A stretch of 64,000 nt of DNA from Candidatus Tepidifontimicrobium thermophilum (GTDB taxonomy: Bacteria; Sysuimicrobiota; Sysuimicrobiia; Sysuimicrobiales; Sysuimicrobiaceae). The notes below the pieces were generated by a model, which saw only the letters and a list, made by a program, of their open reading frames with translations, did no database searches and was not told the DNA's origin. How positions within the stretch are numbered: the stretch's first letter is position 1; every line of letters begins with the position of its first letter. The position numbers and the translations under genes are program-made. Shown one piece after another: positions 10,917 to 20,611 of this stretch. The DNA is taken from NCBI GenBank assembly GCA_031459915.1, contig JAVKHO010000015.1:11099-75098 (forward strand), read 5' to 3'.

Positions 10917-11124
10917 CGGCGCCCTCCGTGTCGCGGTCTCGACCCCCAAACGCACACGTCCCCGGGCGCCGCGGCCGCCGCGCCCAGGGACGCTTCGTTT
11001 TGATCAGCACCCATGCTAGGGACTGTGCGGCCCGGGGTCAAGAGAGGCCGGGAGCTCGGCGCGGCGACCGGATCCCCAAGCCCGGCGCCTGCGTTCCCGC
11101 GCGCCGACGGGATGTCAACGGGCC

Positions 11125-12099
11125 GTGACGCGGGCCGCTTACCCTGGAACCGTGGCAGCAAGGCGACTTTTCCCTGCCGCGGTGGTGGCATTTCTCGCCG
11201 GCTGCGCGGTGGTCCTGCGCACGGGGCCGGTGGTCGTGTCGGGGATCTACGTGGCCAACGCGGCAGGGAACTCCGTCAGCGTTTACCCGATGGACGCCTC
11301 CGGGGACGTATCCCCTGTGCGCGTCATCGTCGGCCCGTTCACCCGGCTGGAAACACCCGTCAGCCTGGCGCTGGACCCCTCCGACCGCCTGTACGTGGCC
11401 AGCGTGTCCGGGAACCGCATCACCGTGTACGGTCCGGGTGCGGTGGGGAACACGGGGCCCGTGCGCGTGGTGGAGGGGCCCGACACCCTCCTCTCAGGCC
11501 CCTCCGGCGTTGCCCTGGACGCGTTCGGCCTCCTGTACGTCGCCAACGCGGCACCGTCCCGAGTTACCGTCTACCCCGCAGGCGCCCACGGCAACGTGCC
11601 TCCCGTGCGGGTCGTGGAGGGAGGGCGGACCCTGCTGGCGACGCCCCGCGGGATCGCCCTGGCCGGTGGGGAGCTGTTCATCGCCAACTCCTCCGCCAAC
11701 TCGGTCCTGGTGTTCGACGCGTCGGCCTGCGGGAACGTTCCGCCCCTACGGCAGCTGTCGGGGAGCCTGACGGGACTTCTCGAGCCGGCGGCGGTGGCGG
11801 TGGACGCCTTCGGCCGCCTGTACGTGGCCAACGCCGCGGGCAACTCGGTTACCGTGTACCCGTCGAGCGCCTCCGGCAACGTCCCGCCGGAAAAGCGCCT
11901 GGCGGGATCGGCCACCGGACTCTCCACGCCGCGGGGCCTGGTGGTAGACCCCGCGGGACGGCTGGTGGTGGCCAACGCGGCGGGCAACTCCGTGACCGTC
12001 TACGCTCCCGGTGCCTCCGGCGATACCCCTCCGCTCCGTACCCTTTCGGGGCCCCGCACGCAGCTGGACCTGCCGTGGGGCGTGGCGGTGCGGCCTTGA
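11125..12099 (+). CDS. NHL-repeat beta-propeller lipoprotein
   Basis: lipobox-like FLAGC; six ~47-aa repeats (LYVAN..NSVTVY...GN.PP.R.L.G..T.L..P). Confidence 0.8.
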   Translation: MTRAAYPGTVAARRLFPAAVVAFLAGCAVVLRTGPVVVSGIYVANAAGNSVSVYPMDASGDVSPVRVIVGPFTRLETPVSLALDPSDRLYVASVSGNRITVYGPGAVGNTGPVRVVEGPDTLLSGPSGVALDAFGLLYVANAAPSRVTVYPAGAHGNVPPVRVVEGGRTLLATPRGIALAGGELFIANSSANSVLVFDASACGNVPPLRQLSGSLTGLLEPAAVAVDAFGRLYVANAAGNSVTVYPSSASGNVPPEKRLAGSATGLSTPRGLVVDPAGRLVVANAAGNSVTVYAPGASGDTPPLRTLSGPRTQLDLPWGVAVRP

Positions 12100-12103
12100 A
12101 GGG

Positions 12104-12562
12104 TCAGCGGACCAGCCACCGGAAACCGGCCACCACGCCCGTGCTCACCGCCGTCACCAGGACTCCCGCCCCCACCACGCCCAGCGCGACCGCGCCCCAG
12201 GCCCGCAGCTTCGGCATGCCCAGCAGCCAGCCCAGCAGGGTGCCTGCGTAGGCTCCCGTGCCGGGCAGGGGCACCGCCACGAACAGCGCCAGCCCCACCA
12301 GCCCGTAACCGCGGACGTAGCCCTCTCCGCGGCGCCGGACCCGCTCCACCTGCCGGCGCACCCAGGGCCACCGGGAAAGCCACCGCGCGTAGCACCAGTC
12401 CAGAAAGGTCCACCCCACGGGCACCACCAGCAGGTTGGCCGCGGTGCACACCGCAAAGCTCACCACCGGCGGGGAGCCGAATGCCAGGGCCACGGGGATG
12501 GAGCCCCGCAGCTCCACCCACGGGACCAGGCTCAGGGCGGCCGCCCACCACAGGCCGCTCAC
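12104..12562 (-). CDS. small multidrug export-related membrane protein (COG2426-like)
   Basis: PWVELRGSIP and FVAVPLPGTGAY motifs. Confidence 0.82.
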   Translation of the reverse strand: MSGLWWAAALSLVPWVELRGSIPVALAFGSPPVVSFAVCTAANLLVVPVGWTFLDWCYARWLSRWPWVRRQVERVRRRGEGYVRGYGLVGLALFVAVPLPGTGAYAGTLLGWLLGMPKLRAWGAVALGVVGAGVLVTAVSTGVVAGFRWLVR

Positions 12563-13515
12563 CGCACGCTCCGGATCCGGGCCCGCCGCAGCTGCCGGCG
12601 CTGGTCTGCCTGTTCCCACCGCCGCCGTTCCGCCTCGGTCTGCGGCTCGTACGGAGGGAGGGGCCGCGGCCGGCCGGCGAGGTCCGTGTGCACCAGGGTG
12701 ACGAAGGTGCTGCAGGTGTGACGGATCTCACCGGACAGCGGGTCCTCGCTCAGCACCCGCACGCCCACCTCCATGGAACTGGACCCTACGTGGTTGAGAG
12801 CGGCGCGGTAGTGGACGATCTGCCCCACCCGGATGGGGTTCACGAAGTCCAGGGCGTCCACGGAGGCGGTGACCACCGGGCCCCGGGCGTAGCGCATGGC
12901 CACGATGGACGCCACCTCGTCCAGGTCCATCACCAGGCGGCCCGCGAACATCAGGTTGCCCACGATGGCGTCCTCCGGGAAAACGACGCGGCAGGTCTCC
13001 AGGTGGTGGCGGGGCGGGGGTTCGTCGGCCTCCGGCCGGCGTCGCTGCGCGAGCCGGCTCAGGCGCCGCTGTCGGCGCGCCCCGGCTTCTGCCTGCAGCC
13101 GGTCCTCCTCCGGGTTTGCGGGGACCACCCGCGCGCCCACGGGACGCGGCCGGCCCTCGGGGTCCACGGCCACGAAGCCCAGAAACGCCCGGGTGGCCAG
13201 GCGCCGGGCTCCCGTGGTGGGATCCTCCGCGTGGACCTCCACGTCCACCTCCATGGAGGACCGGCCTACCAGGGGGACCGTAGCCGCAAGGTGTACCACT
13301 TCGCCCGCCAGCACGGGCTGGAGGAAGTCCAGCTCGTCCATGGAGCCCAGGACCACCAACCCTCGGGCGAGCCGGGAGGCGGCGAGGGTGCCTACCGTGA
13401 CGATCCAGCTCATCATGCGGCCCCCGTAGAGCGAGCCGCGGGCGTTCGTGTGCTCGGGGAACACCATCTCCACGGTCTCCGCGCGGGTCTCCGCCACGCT
13501 CAGGGAGCGGATCAT
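12559..13515 (-). CDS. double-hotdog acyl-CoA thioesterase
   Basis: two hotdog domains (VFPEHTN..GSLYGG; VFPEDA..NLMFAG; VGxSSMEV). Confidence 0.88.
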   Translation of the reverse strand: MIRSLSVAETRAETVEMVFPEHTNARGSLYGGRMMSWIVTVGTLAASRLARGLVVLGSMDELDFLQPVLAGEVVHLAATVPLVGRSSMEVDVEVHAEDPTTGARRLATRAFLGFVAVDPEGRPRPVGARVVPANPEEDRLQAEAGARRQRRLSRLAQRRRPEADEPPPRHHLETCRVVFPEDAIVGNLMFAGRLVMDLDEVASIVAMRYARGPVVTASVDALDFVNPIRVGQIVHYRAALNHVGSSSMEVGVRVLSEDPLSGEIRHTCSTFVTLVHTDLAGRPRPLPPYEPQTEAERRRWEQADQRRQLRRARIRSVR

Positions 13516-13522
13516 GGAGCCG

Positions 13523-15292
13523 TCAGGAGACCTCGCCGCTCGGCACGGAGCCCGCCTCCACCCGAGCCCACGCCCGGTACCACGAGGTGATGGGAAGCCT
13601 GCGGTCCCGTCCGAACGCCTTCGGGGTGATCTTCACGCCGGGCGGCGCCTGACGGCGCTTGTACTCGCTGCGGTCCACCATCCGCACCACCCGGGCCACC
13701 ACCTCTGGGTCGAACCCGGCGCGGACGATGTCCTCCGGTGGGGTGTCCTGCTCCACGTACAGCTCCAGAATGGGGTCCAGCACCTCGTAGGGCGGAAGGG
13801 TCTCCTGGTCGGTCTGCCCGGGCCGCAGCTCCGCCGTGGGCGGCCGGGTGAGTACCCCCTCCGGAATCACGGGCCTCTTCTCGTTGCGCCACCGGGCCAG
13901 GGCGTACACCAGCGTCTTCGGCACGTCCTTCAGCACCGCGAACCCGCCCGCCATGTCCCCGTAAAGGGTGGCGTATCCCACGCTGAGCTCGCTCTTGTTC
14001 CCCGTGGTGAGCACGATCCCGCCCAGCTTGTTGGTCAGGGCCATGAGGTAGTTGCCCCGGATCCTCGCCTGCAGGTTCTCCTCGGTGACGTCGGCAGGGC
14101 GCCCCTGGAACGCGGGGCGTAGGGCCTCCAGGTACGCCTCGAAGGGCTCCCGGATGGCCAGGGTCAGAAGGCGGATCCCCAGGTTGCGGGCCAGCTCCTC
14201 CGCGTAGCGCACGCTCTCCAAAGAGGTGTAGCGCGAGGGCATGGACACCCCCACCACCGCCTCAGGACCCAGGGCGTCCGTGGCCACCGTGGCCACCAGG
14301 GAGGAGTCGACCCCACCCGACAGCCCCACGAACACCTGACGGAAGCCGTTCTTCCGCACGTAGTCCCGCGTGCCCACCACCAGGGCCCGGTACACCTCTT
14401 CCAGGTCCGGAAGGGGTTCCGCCACCACCGGGGTTACCGTCGAGGAGGGTTCCCGCAGCGCCACCTCCACCGCCACCGTAGGACACAGGGACACGTCGCC
14501 TACGGGGAACCGCTCGGCTTCGTCCACGCCGGTCCGCCGCGCCCGGTGACGCCGCGCCGCGGCCACATCCAGGTCGCACACCACCAGGGCCTCTTCGAAC
14601 TGCGGCGCCCGCGCCAGGACCCGACCGGTCTGGTCCAGCACCACGCTGTCCCCGTCAAACACGAGCTCGTCCTGGCCGCCCACGAGGTTCACGTAGCACA
14701 GCAGGACCCCGCAGTCGCGGGCCCGGGTGCGCAGCATCTCCTCCCGCTCCCGCCACTTGCCCCGGTGGTAGGGGGAGCCGTTGATGTTGAACACCACCAA
14801 AGCCCCCGCCCGCGCCTGCACCGCGCAGGGCCCGTCGGGGAACCAGATGTCCTCGCAGATGTTCACCGCCACGGGCACGTCCCCCAGGAGGAACAGGGGG
14901 GCGTGCTGGCCGGGCGCGAAGTACCGCTTCTCGTCGAACACCCCGTAGTTCGGTAGCAGCCGTTTGTGGTAGACCCCCTGCACCCGCCCGCCCGCACACA
15001 CCGCCGCCGCGTTGTACAGGTAGTTCGCCCGATCCGCGAACCCCACCACCGCCACCACGTCGGTGGCGTGACGGGCCACCTCCTGGACTGCCGCCAGGTT
15101 GGCCTCCACGAAGTCCGGCTTGAGGAGTAGGTCCTCAGGCGGGTAACCGGTGATCGCCAGCTCCGGGAACAGCACCACGTGCGCCTCCCGCTGGCGCGCC
15201 TGGTGGATCTGCTCCGCGATGCGGCGGACATTCCCCTCCAGGTCCCCCACCACAGGGTTGATCTGCGCCAGAGCGACCCGCAGCCGCCGCAT
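13523..15292 (-). CDS. nadE: glutamine-dependent NAD+ synthetase
   Basis: nitrilase domain (FPEL, ICEDIW) plus GLSGGVDS, NLQARIRG, TGNKSE, YKRRQ. Confidence 0.95.
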   Translation of the reverse strand: MRRLRVALAQINPVVGDLEGNVRRIAEQIHQARQREAHVVLFPELAITGYPPEDLLLKPDFVEANLAAVQEVARHATDVVAVVGFADRANYLYNAAAVCAGGRVQGVYHKRLLPNYGVFDEKRYFAPGQHAPLFLLGDVPVAVNICEDIWFPDGPCAVQARAGALVVFNINGSPYHRGKWREREEMLRTRARDCGVLLCYVNLVGGQDELVFDGDSVVLDQTGRVLARAPQFEEALVVCDLDVAAARRHRARRTGVDEAERFPVGDVSLCPTVAVEVALREPSSTVTPVVAEPLPDLEEVYRALVVGTRDYVRKNGFRQVFVGLSGGVDSSLVATVATDALGPEAVVGVSMPSRYTSLESVRYAEELARNLGIRLLTLAIREPFEAYLEALRPAFQGRPADVTEENLQARIRGNYLMALTNKLGGIVLTTGNKSELSVGYATLYGDMAGGFAVLKDVPKTLVYALARWRNEKRPVIPEGVLTRPPTAELRPGQTDQETLPPYEVLDPILELYVEQDTPPEDIVRAGFDPEVVARVVRMVDRSEYKRRQAPPGVKITPKAFGRDRRLPITSWYRAWARVEAGSVPSGEVS

Positions 15293-15335
15293 CCCGATAG
15301 CAGTATCCCGCACCGTGCCGCCTGGGGAAAGCGGT

Positions 15336-16706
15336 TCAGTGCAGGGCGCGGACTTCGTGCAGGAAGCGGATGACCGCCTCCACCCCGCCCCACAGCAGCG
15401 GCAGGCTGACCTTCTCGTTGGGCGCGTGGAGGTTGTCGTCCGGCAAGCCGAACCCCGTGACCACCACCGGCTGCCCGAGGACCCGGCTGAACAGGTCCAC
15501 CACGGGGACAGAACCTCCCGCCCGCACGAACCGGGCGGGTGCCCCGTAGGCGGCGGACCACGCGCGGGCCGCTGCCTGCACCGCGGGTTCCTCCGGCGAG
15601 ACGACCCAGGGCCGCCCCGTGTGCAGCTTGCGGACCGTCACCTCGTAAGCCGGGTGGGCGTTGCGCAGCAGGTACCGCTCGAAGGCCCGGTACACCCGGT
15701 CGGGGTTCTGGTCCGGCACCAACCGCATGCTCACCTTCGCCACGCAGCGGGCGGGCAGCACCGTCTTGGCTCCCGGGCCGCTGAACCCGCCGCCCATCCC
15801 GTGCACCTCCAGGGTGGGCCGCGCCCACAGCCGCTCCAGCAGGGAGAAATCCTCCTCGCCCACGGTGCCGCGGGCGCCGATGCTGCGGGCGAACTCTTCC
15901 TCTCGGATAGCTAGCTCCCTCCACGCGGCCCGCTCCGCCTCCGAGGGCTCCCGCACGGGCCGGTAGAACCCCGGGATGCGGATCCTCCCGCGCCGGTCCC
16001 GCAGGGAGGCCAGCAGCCGCACCATCTCGTGGAAGGGGTTGGGTGCGGCTCCCCCGAACGTCCCGGAGTGAAGGTCGCTAGCTGGCCCGCGGACTTCGAC
16101 CTCGGTGTACAGGATGCCCCGCAGCCCTACCGTGATGGACGGAACACCGGGCAGCACGAAACCGGAGTCCATGACGAGAGCGCAGTCCGCCCGAAGACGA
16201 CGCCGGTGCCGGGGCACGTAGCGGGCGATCTCCAGCCCGCTGCTCTCCTCCTCTCCCTCCACCAGGACCTTGACGTTCACCGGCAGGCCGTCCGTGGCCA
16301 GCAGGCTCTCCACCGCCTTGAGGGTCGCGAACACGTGCCCCTTGTCGTCGGAAGCCCCCCGCGCGTACAGGTTGTCCCCGCGTACGGTGGGCTCGAAAGG
16401 CGGGCTTTCCCACAGCTCCAGCGGGTCCGCGGGCTGCACGTCGTAGTGGCCATAGACCAGCACCGTGGGGGCTCCGGCCAATCCCACCCACTCTCCGTAC
16501 ACCAGGGGGTGCTGGCGCTGTGAGGGCACCACCTCCACCCGGCGCAGGCCCGCCCGGCGCATGCGGTCCGCCAGCCAGCGCGCGGCGCGCTCGCAGTCCG
16601 GCCCGTGCTCCGGCAGGGTGCTCACGCTGGGGATGGCCAGCCACTCCTTGAGCTCCTCCAAAAACTCCGTACGGCGCTGTCTGGCGTAGGCGATGGCGCG
16701 TTCCAT
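15336..16706 (-). CDS. M20 family dipeptidase
   Basis: YGHYDVQP, RGASDDKG, EGEEES, DLHSG, HAPNE motifs. Confidence 0.92.
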   Translation of the reverse strand: MERAIAYARQRRTEFLEELKEWLAIPSVSTLPEHGPDCERAARWLADRMRRAGLRRVEVVPSQRQHPLVYGEWVGLAGAPTVLVYGHYDVQPADPLELWESPPFEPTVRGDNLYARGASDDKGHVFATLKAVESLLATDGLPVNVKVLVEGEEESSGLEIARYVPRHRRRLRADCALVMDSGFVLPGVPSITVGLRGILYTEVEVRGPASDLHSGTFGGAAPNPFHEMVRLLASLRDRRGRIRIPGFYRPVREPSEAERAAWRELAIREEEFARSIGARGTVGEEDFSLLERLWARPTLEVHGMGGGFSGPGAKTVLPARCVAKVSMRLVPDQNPDRVYRAFERYLLRNAHPAYEVTVRKLHTGRPWVVSPEEPAVQAAARAWSAAYGAPARFVRAGGSVPVVDLFSRVLGQPVVVTGFGLPDDNLHAPNEKVSLPLLWGGVEAVIRFLHEVRALH

Positions 16707-16993
16707 GGGGATCCTCCGCAAAGACCGCCTGGGTCCCGGTGGTGTTCCCGCGGCCCTGTGGCGGGCCGCCACAGAGCCAGTACGACTCCAGAGCACGCAA
16801 ACCCTTCCGCCGGGCCCGCTGCGCGCACTCCGCCTCGGGAGCGTGATGCCCTCAGGCGATAAACTGGACGGAGAAGCAGGTCCGGAATGGGACCCGGCCC
16901 GGCCTCGGGGGAGAGGTTCGGGCCGACGGCGAAGACCCCACGGGACTGCGGGGCCGGGGCGGTCCAACCGCTACCGTCCTGAGGAGGAGGGCC

Positions 16994-18067
16994 ATGACCG
17001 ACCGCATGCTGGAGATGTTCCGGGAGCTCACGGAGACCCCGGGGGTGCCGGGATTCGAAGAGCCCGTCCGCGGGGTCCTGCGCAGGCACCTGAGCCCCCT
17101 GGGCGAGATCCTGCAGGACCGCCTGGGAAGCCTCGTGGCCCGCAAGGAGGGGACGAGGCCCCAGCCCAAGGTGATGCTGGCCGGCCACATGGACGAGATC
17201 GGGTTCCTCGTCACCCGCATCACCGACGAGGGCTACCTCAAGTTCCAGACCCTCGGCGGGTGGTGGTCGCAGGTCATGCTGGCCCAGCGGGTTCGCGTGT
17301 GGACGCGCCGGGGGCCGGTGCTGGGGGTCATCGGCAGCAAGCCGCCCCACCTGCTGGACGAAGAGGAGCGCAAGAAGCCCGTGGACGTGAAGGACATGTA
17401 CATCGACGTGGGCGCCTCGAGCCGCGAGGAGGCGGAGCGGTTCGGCATCCGCCCGGGCGACCCCGCGGTCCCCGAATCGCCCTTTACGGTCCTACACAAC
17501 CCGAAGCTGATGGTGGCCAAGGCCTGGGACAACCGGTTCGGCTGCGCCGTGGTGGTGGAGGTCCTCCGCGCCCTGCAGGAGGAAGCGCACCCCAACACCG
17601 TGTACGGGGTGTGCAGCGTGCAGGAGGAGGTGGGCCTGCGGGGGGCCCAGACCGCTTCCCACCTGGTGCAGCCCGACGTGGGGATCGCCCTGGACACGGG
17701 GATCGCGGGGGACACGCCCGGCGTGAAGCCGGACGAGGCGCAGGGCAAGCTCGGCAAGGGCCCTGTGATCCTGCTGTACGACGCCACCCTGATCCCCCAC
17801 GTGCGGCTGCGGGATCTCGTGGTGGAGACCGCGGAGGCGGAAGGGATCCCCTACCAGTTCGACCGGGTGGCGCGGGGCGGTACGGACGCAGGCCGCATCC
17901 ACACCTTCGGCGTGGGCGTGCCGTCCATCGTGATCGGAGCGCCGGTCCGCTACATCCACAGCCACAACGCGATCCTCCACCGGGACGACTTCGAGGCCAC
18001 CGTGCGGCTGGTCACCGCGGTGATCCGCCGGCTGGACGCCGCCACCCTGGAGCGGCTGGTCAGCTGA
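16994..18067 (+). CDS. M42 family aminopeptidase
   Basis: GHMDEIG, KAWDNR, QEEVGLRG, GGTDAG, RYIHS motifs. Confidence 0.93.
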   Translation: MTDRMLEMFRELTETPGVPGFEEPVRGVLRRHLSPLGEILQDRLGSLVARKEGTRPQPKVMLAGHMDEIGFLVTRITDEGYLKFQTLGGWWSQVMLAQRVRVWTRRGPVLGVIGSKPPHLLDEEERKKPVDVKDMYIDVGASSREEAERFGIRPGDPAVPESPFTVLHNPKLMVAKAWDNRFGCAVVVEVLRALQEEAHPNTVYGVCSVQEEVGLRGAQTASHLVQPDVGIALDTGIAGDTPGVKPDEAQGKLGKGPVILLYDATLIPHVRLRDLVVETAEAEGIPYQFDRVARGGTDAGRIHTFGVGVPSIVIGAPVRYIHSHNAILHRDDFEATVRLVTAVIRRLDAATLERLVS

Positions 18068-18909
18068 TGCCGTCCCGATCCTCCGGCGCGGGGCTGTGGC
18101 TCGCGCGGCTGGCCACCGCAAACAGCCGCCGGCGCTTCGGCCGCTACCTCCTCGCGGGTTGCGCGGCCGGTTTCCTCACCACGGGGGCCGCGCTGGGCTG
18201 GGAGCGGTGGTTCTTCTGGGCCATGCTGTGGGGGGCCGGCGTTTTCGTGCCGCTCCGCCTGGGCGTGGAACTCGTCGGTGCCCGCGGCCAGCGGGTGCGC
18301 GCCGCGTACCGGGAACACTTTCCGGAACGCATCACCCCCGCGAACCTACCGCTGGTGGCCCAGGGGGTGTACGAGCGGGAGGTCCTGATGCCGCGCATCG
18401 TCACCCCACCGTACGCGGGCAAGGTCGGCGAGGCGGTGGTGGCCGTGGGCCGGGCGGCCCTGGCGCGGCCCGATCCCGGAGAAGTCCTGCGGCGCGCCGC
18501 CTGGCGTCTGGTGGGCGTGGCGGACGGGTGGATGGCGGAGATGCGCGCTGCGCGGGAAGCGGACCCCACCTCCACCAACATCCAGGCGCGCTGGCAGGCG
18601 GTGCGATCCCTGGCGGTCCTGGCGGCGGTGGCCCGGATCCTGATCTCCCTGTCCGAGGAGCTGTCCGGGCTGCCCTTCTCCGCGCCGGGCCTGGACGCGC
18701 AAAACGTGCGCACGTTCCTGGACGACGTCCTGGCCTACCTGGACCGGGCCGCCCTGGACCCTGAGGTGCCACCGTGGACCGGCGCGCTGCTGGGGGTGTG
18801 GACACCGGAGACGGTGGAGCTGCGCAGGTGCTGGGACAACTATCTGGAGGTCACCGGTCCGGCGCCTTCGCGGCTGGCCGCGGTGGTGGAGCAGCTGGTG
18901 GAAAGATGA
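18067..18909 (+). CDS. hypothetical membrane protein
   Basis: TGATG/ATGA coupling to both neighbours; two N-terminal hydrophobic helices; no recognisable motif. Confidence 0.7.
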   Translation: MPSRSSGAGLWLARLATANSRRRFGRYLLAGCAAGFLTTGAALGWERWFFWAMLWGAGVFVPLRLGVELVGARGQRVRAAYREHFPERITPANLPLVAQGVYEREVLMPRIVTPPYAGKVGEAVVAVGRAALARPDPGEVLRRAAWRLVGVADGWMAEMRAAREADPTSTNIQARWQAVRSLAVLAAVARILISLSEELSGLPFSAPGLDAQNVRTFLDDVLAYLDRAALDPEVPPWTGALLGVWTPETVELRRCWDNYLEVTGPAPSRLAAVVEQLVER

Positions 18910-19874
18910 CCCTCTTCCTGACCGAGTCGGAAGTGGCCTCCCTGGTGTCGGTCCCGGAGCTGGTGGACGCCCTGGAGCAGGCTTTCCGGGACAAGGCCGC
19001 GGGGCTGGCCGGCAACGTACCCAGGGGCCGTGCCGCCCTGGCCGGAGGCACGGTGCTGCACGTGATGTCCGCAGCCTGGGGGCCTGGGGGTGTCGCCGGC
19101 CTTAAGGCGTACACCACTTCCCGAGAAGGCGGGCGGTTCGTGGTGTTGCTGTACGACGAGCGGGGACGCCTGGTGGCCCTGCTCCAAGCAGACACTCTGG
19201 GCCAGAGGCGCACCGGCGCGGCCACCGGTCTCGCCACCCGCTACTTGGCGCGGGAGGACGCGCGTACCGTGGCCGTCATCGGCGCTGGCTGGCAGGCCCG
19301 CACGCAGCTGGAGGCGGTGTGCGCGGTGCGGCCTGTCGAGCGCGCGTGGGTGTTCAGCCGGACAGCGGAGCGCCGCGAACGGTTCGCCCAGGAGATGAGC
19401 CAGCACCTGGGACTGCCCGTCCTCCCCGCCTCCTCCGCGGAGGAGGCGGTACGGGCGGCGGACGTGGTGTGCACCATCACCACCGCGCGCGACCCGGTCG
19501 TGCTGGGCCGCTGGCTACCGCCCGGGGTGCACGTGAACGCCGCGGGCTCCAACTGGGCCCACCGCCGGGAGCTGGACGCGGAGGCGGTGGCTCGGGCGCA
19601 CCGCGTGGTGGTGGACGACCTTCCCCAGGCCAGGGGGGAGTGCGGGGACCTGATCCAGGCGGCCGCGGAGGGAGCCTTCGAGTGGGACCGGGCCGCGGAG
19701 CTGGGGGACGTGGTGGCAGGAAAGGTGCAGGGTCGCGCCTCCCCGCAGGAGGTGACCCTGTTCTGCTCCCAAGGCATTGCTCTGGAGGACGTGGTGGCCG
19801 CGCGGCTGGTCTACGAGCGCGCCCGCGCCCGGGGGGTCGGACGCCAGCTGGACCTGGGACTGGACAGGCCGTGA
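18906..19874 (+). CDS. ornithine cyclodeaminase/mu-crystallin family imine reductase
   Basis: RTGAA, IGAGWQA, HVNAAGS, SQGIALED motifs. Confidence 0.9.
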   Translation: MTLFLTESEVASLVSVPELVDALEQAFRDKAAGLAGNVPRGRAALAGGTVLHVMSAAWGPGGVAGLKAYTTSREGGRFVVLLYDERGRLVALLQADTLGQRRTGAATGLATRYLAREDARTVAVIGAGWQARTQLEAVCAVRPVERAWVFSRTAERRERFAQEMSQHLGLPVLPASSAEEAVRAADVVCTITTARDPVVLGRWLPPGVHVNAAGSNWAHRRELDAEAVARAHRVVVDDLPQARGECGDLIQAAAEGAFEWDRAAELGDVVAGKVQGRASPQEVTLFCSQGIALEDVVAARLVYERARARGVGRQLDLGLDRP

Positions 19875-20575
19875 CGGACGCCCCGGCGGAGGTGGTGCAG
19901 GCCTCCGAGGTGGTGGTCCTCGGCGGCGGGTGCTACGGCTGCTTTCACGCCCGCCAGCTGCTAAGAGCTTCCGAGCGCGGCCGGCTGCGGTACCAACGGC
20001 TGGTAGTGGTGGACCGCAACCCGCAGGCCCGCGCCCGCGCCGAGTTGACCGGCAAGGCAGAGGTGGTCACCGCGGACTGGACCGCCTACCTAGTAGACTA
20101 CGTGCCCGCGGCACCCGCGGACGCACAGCTCGTACCTGCCCCTTTTGCTCCCCACGTGCTGGCGGACTGGCTGGTGGCCTCCCTCCGACGCCTGCGTCCG
20201 CAGCTCCGGGTGTCCCGACATCCCCTGCCCGGGTCTTACCCGGTGGCTTACGACGTCACCCTGGAAGACCGGCGGTACCTGAGCGAGGCGGCCTGGCGGT
20301 GCCCGGCGACGTGCCCGGAGCCGCAGGTGTGTCCGGCCACTCGGGGACCGCGCACCTGGGACCTGGCCAGCACCGTGGAGCGCTACGCGGACCTGCCGGT
20401 GCTGCGGTTTTCGTGCCTGCACTTCGCCTATGGCGTCGGGACGATCGCCGTCCGGTCCCTGCAGGAGGCGCTGCGCTGGGTGGCGGACCGAGCAACACCG
20501 GGTCAGCGGGTCGGGGTCCTGACGGCGTCCCACTGCCACGGTGTCGGGACGTGCCTAGTCGTGGAGGAAGCGTGA
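19871..20575 (+). CDS. hypothetical protein with Rossmann-like N-terminus and Cys cluster
   Basis: VVLGGGCYG..VVVD; CPATCPEPQVC; SHCHG; GTGA overlap with upstream gene. Confidence 0.75.
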   Translation: MTDAPAEVVQASEVVVLGGGCYGCFHARQLLRASERGRLRYQRLVVVDRNPQARARAELTGKAEVVTADWTAYLVDYVPAAPADAQLVPAPFAPHVLADWLVASLRRLRPQLRVSRHPLPGSYPVAYDVTLEDRRYLSEAAWRCPATCPEPQVCPATRGPRTWDLASTVERYADLPVLRFSCLHFAYGVGTIAVRSLQEALRWVADRATPGQRVGVLTASHCHGVGTCLVVEEA

Positions 20576-20611
20576 AACCTGCCCCGGCAGGGGCACGGAG
20601 GAGGGAACCCG

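Noticed and set aside
11240-12099. CRISPR-like or tandem DNA repeats
   Set aside because: The repeats are degenerate, in-frame protein repeats of the NHL gene, with no identical repeats separated by spacers
16707-16993. SRP RNA or lysine riboswitch in the intergenic region between the peptidases
   Set aside because: CAGGTCCGGAA is not followed by the SRP GGAAGCAG, and lysine riboswitch elements are incomplete; only generic GC hairpins
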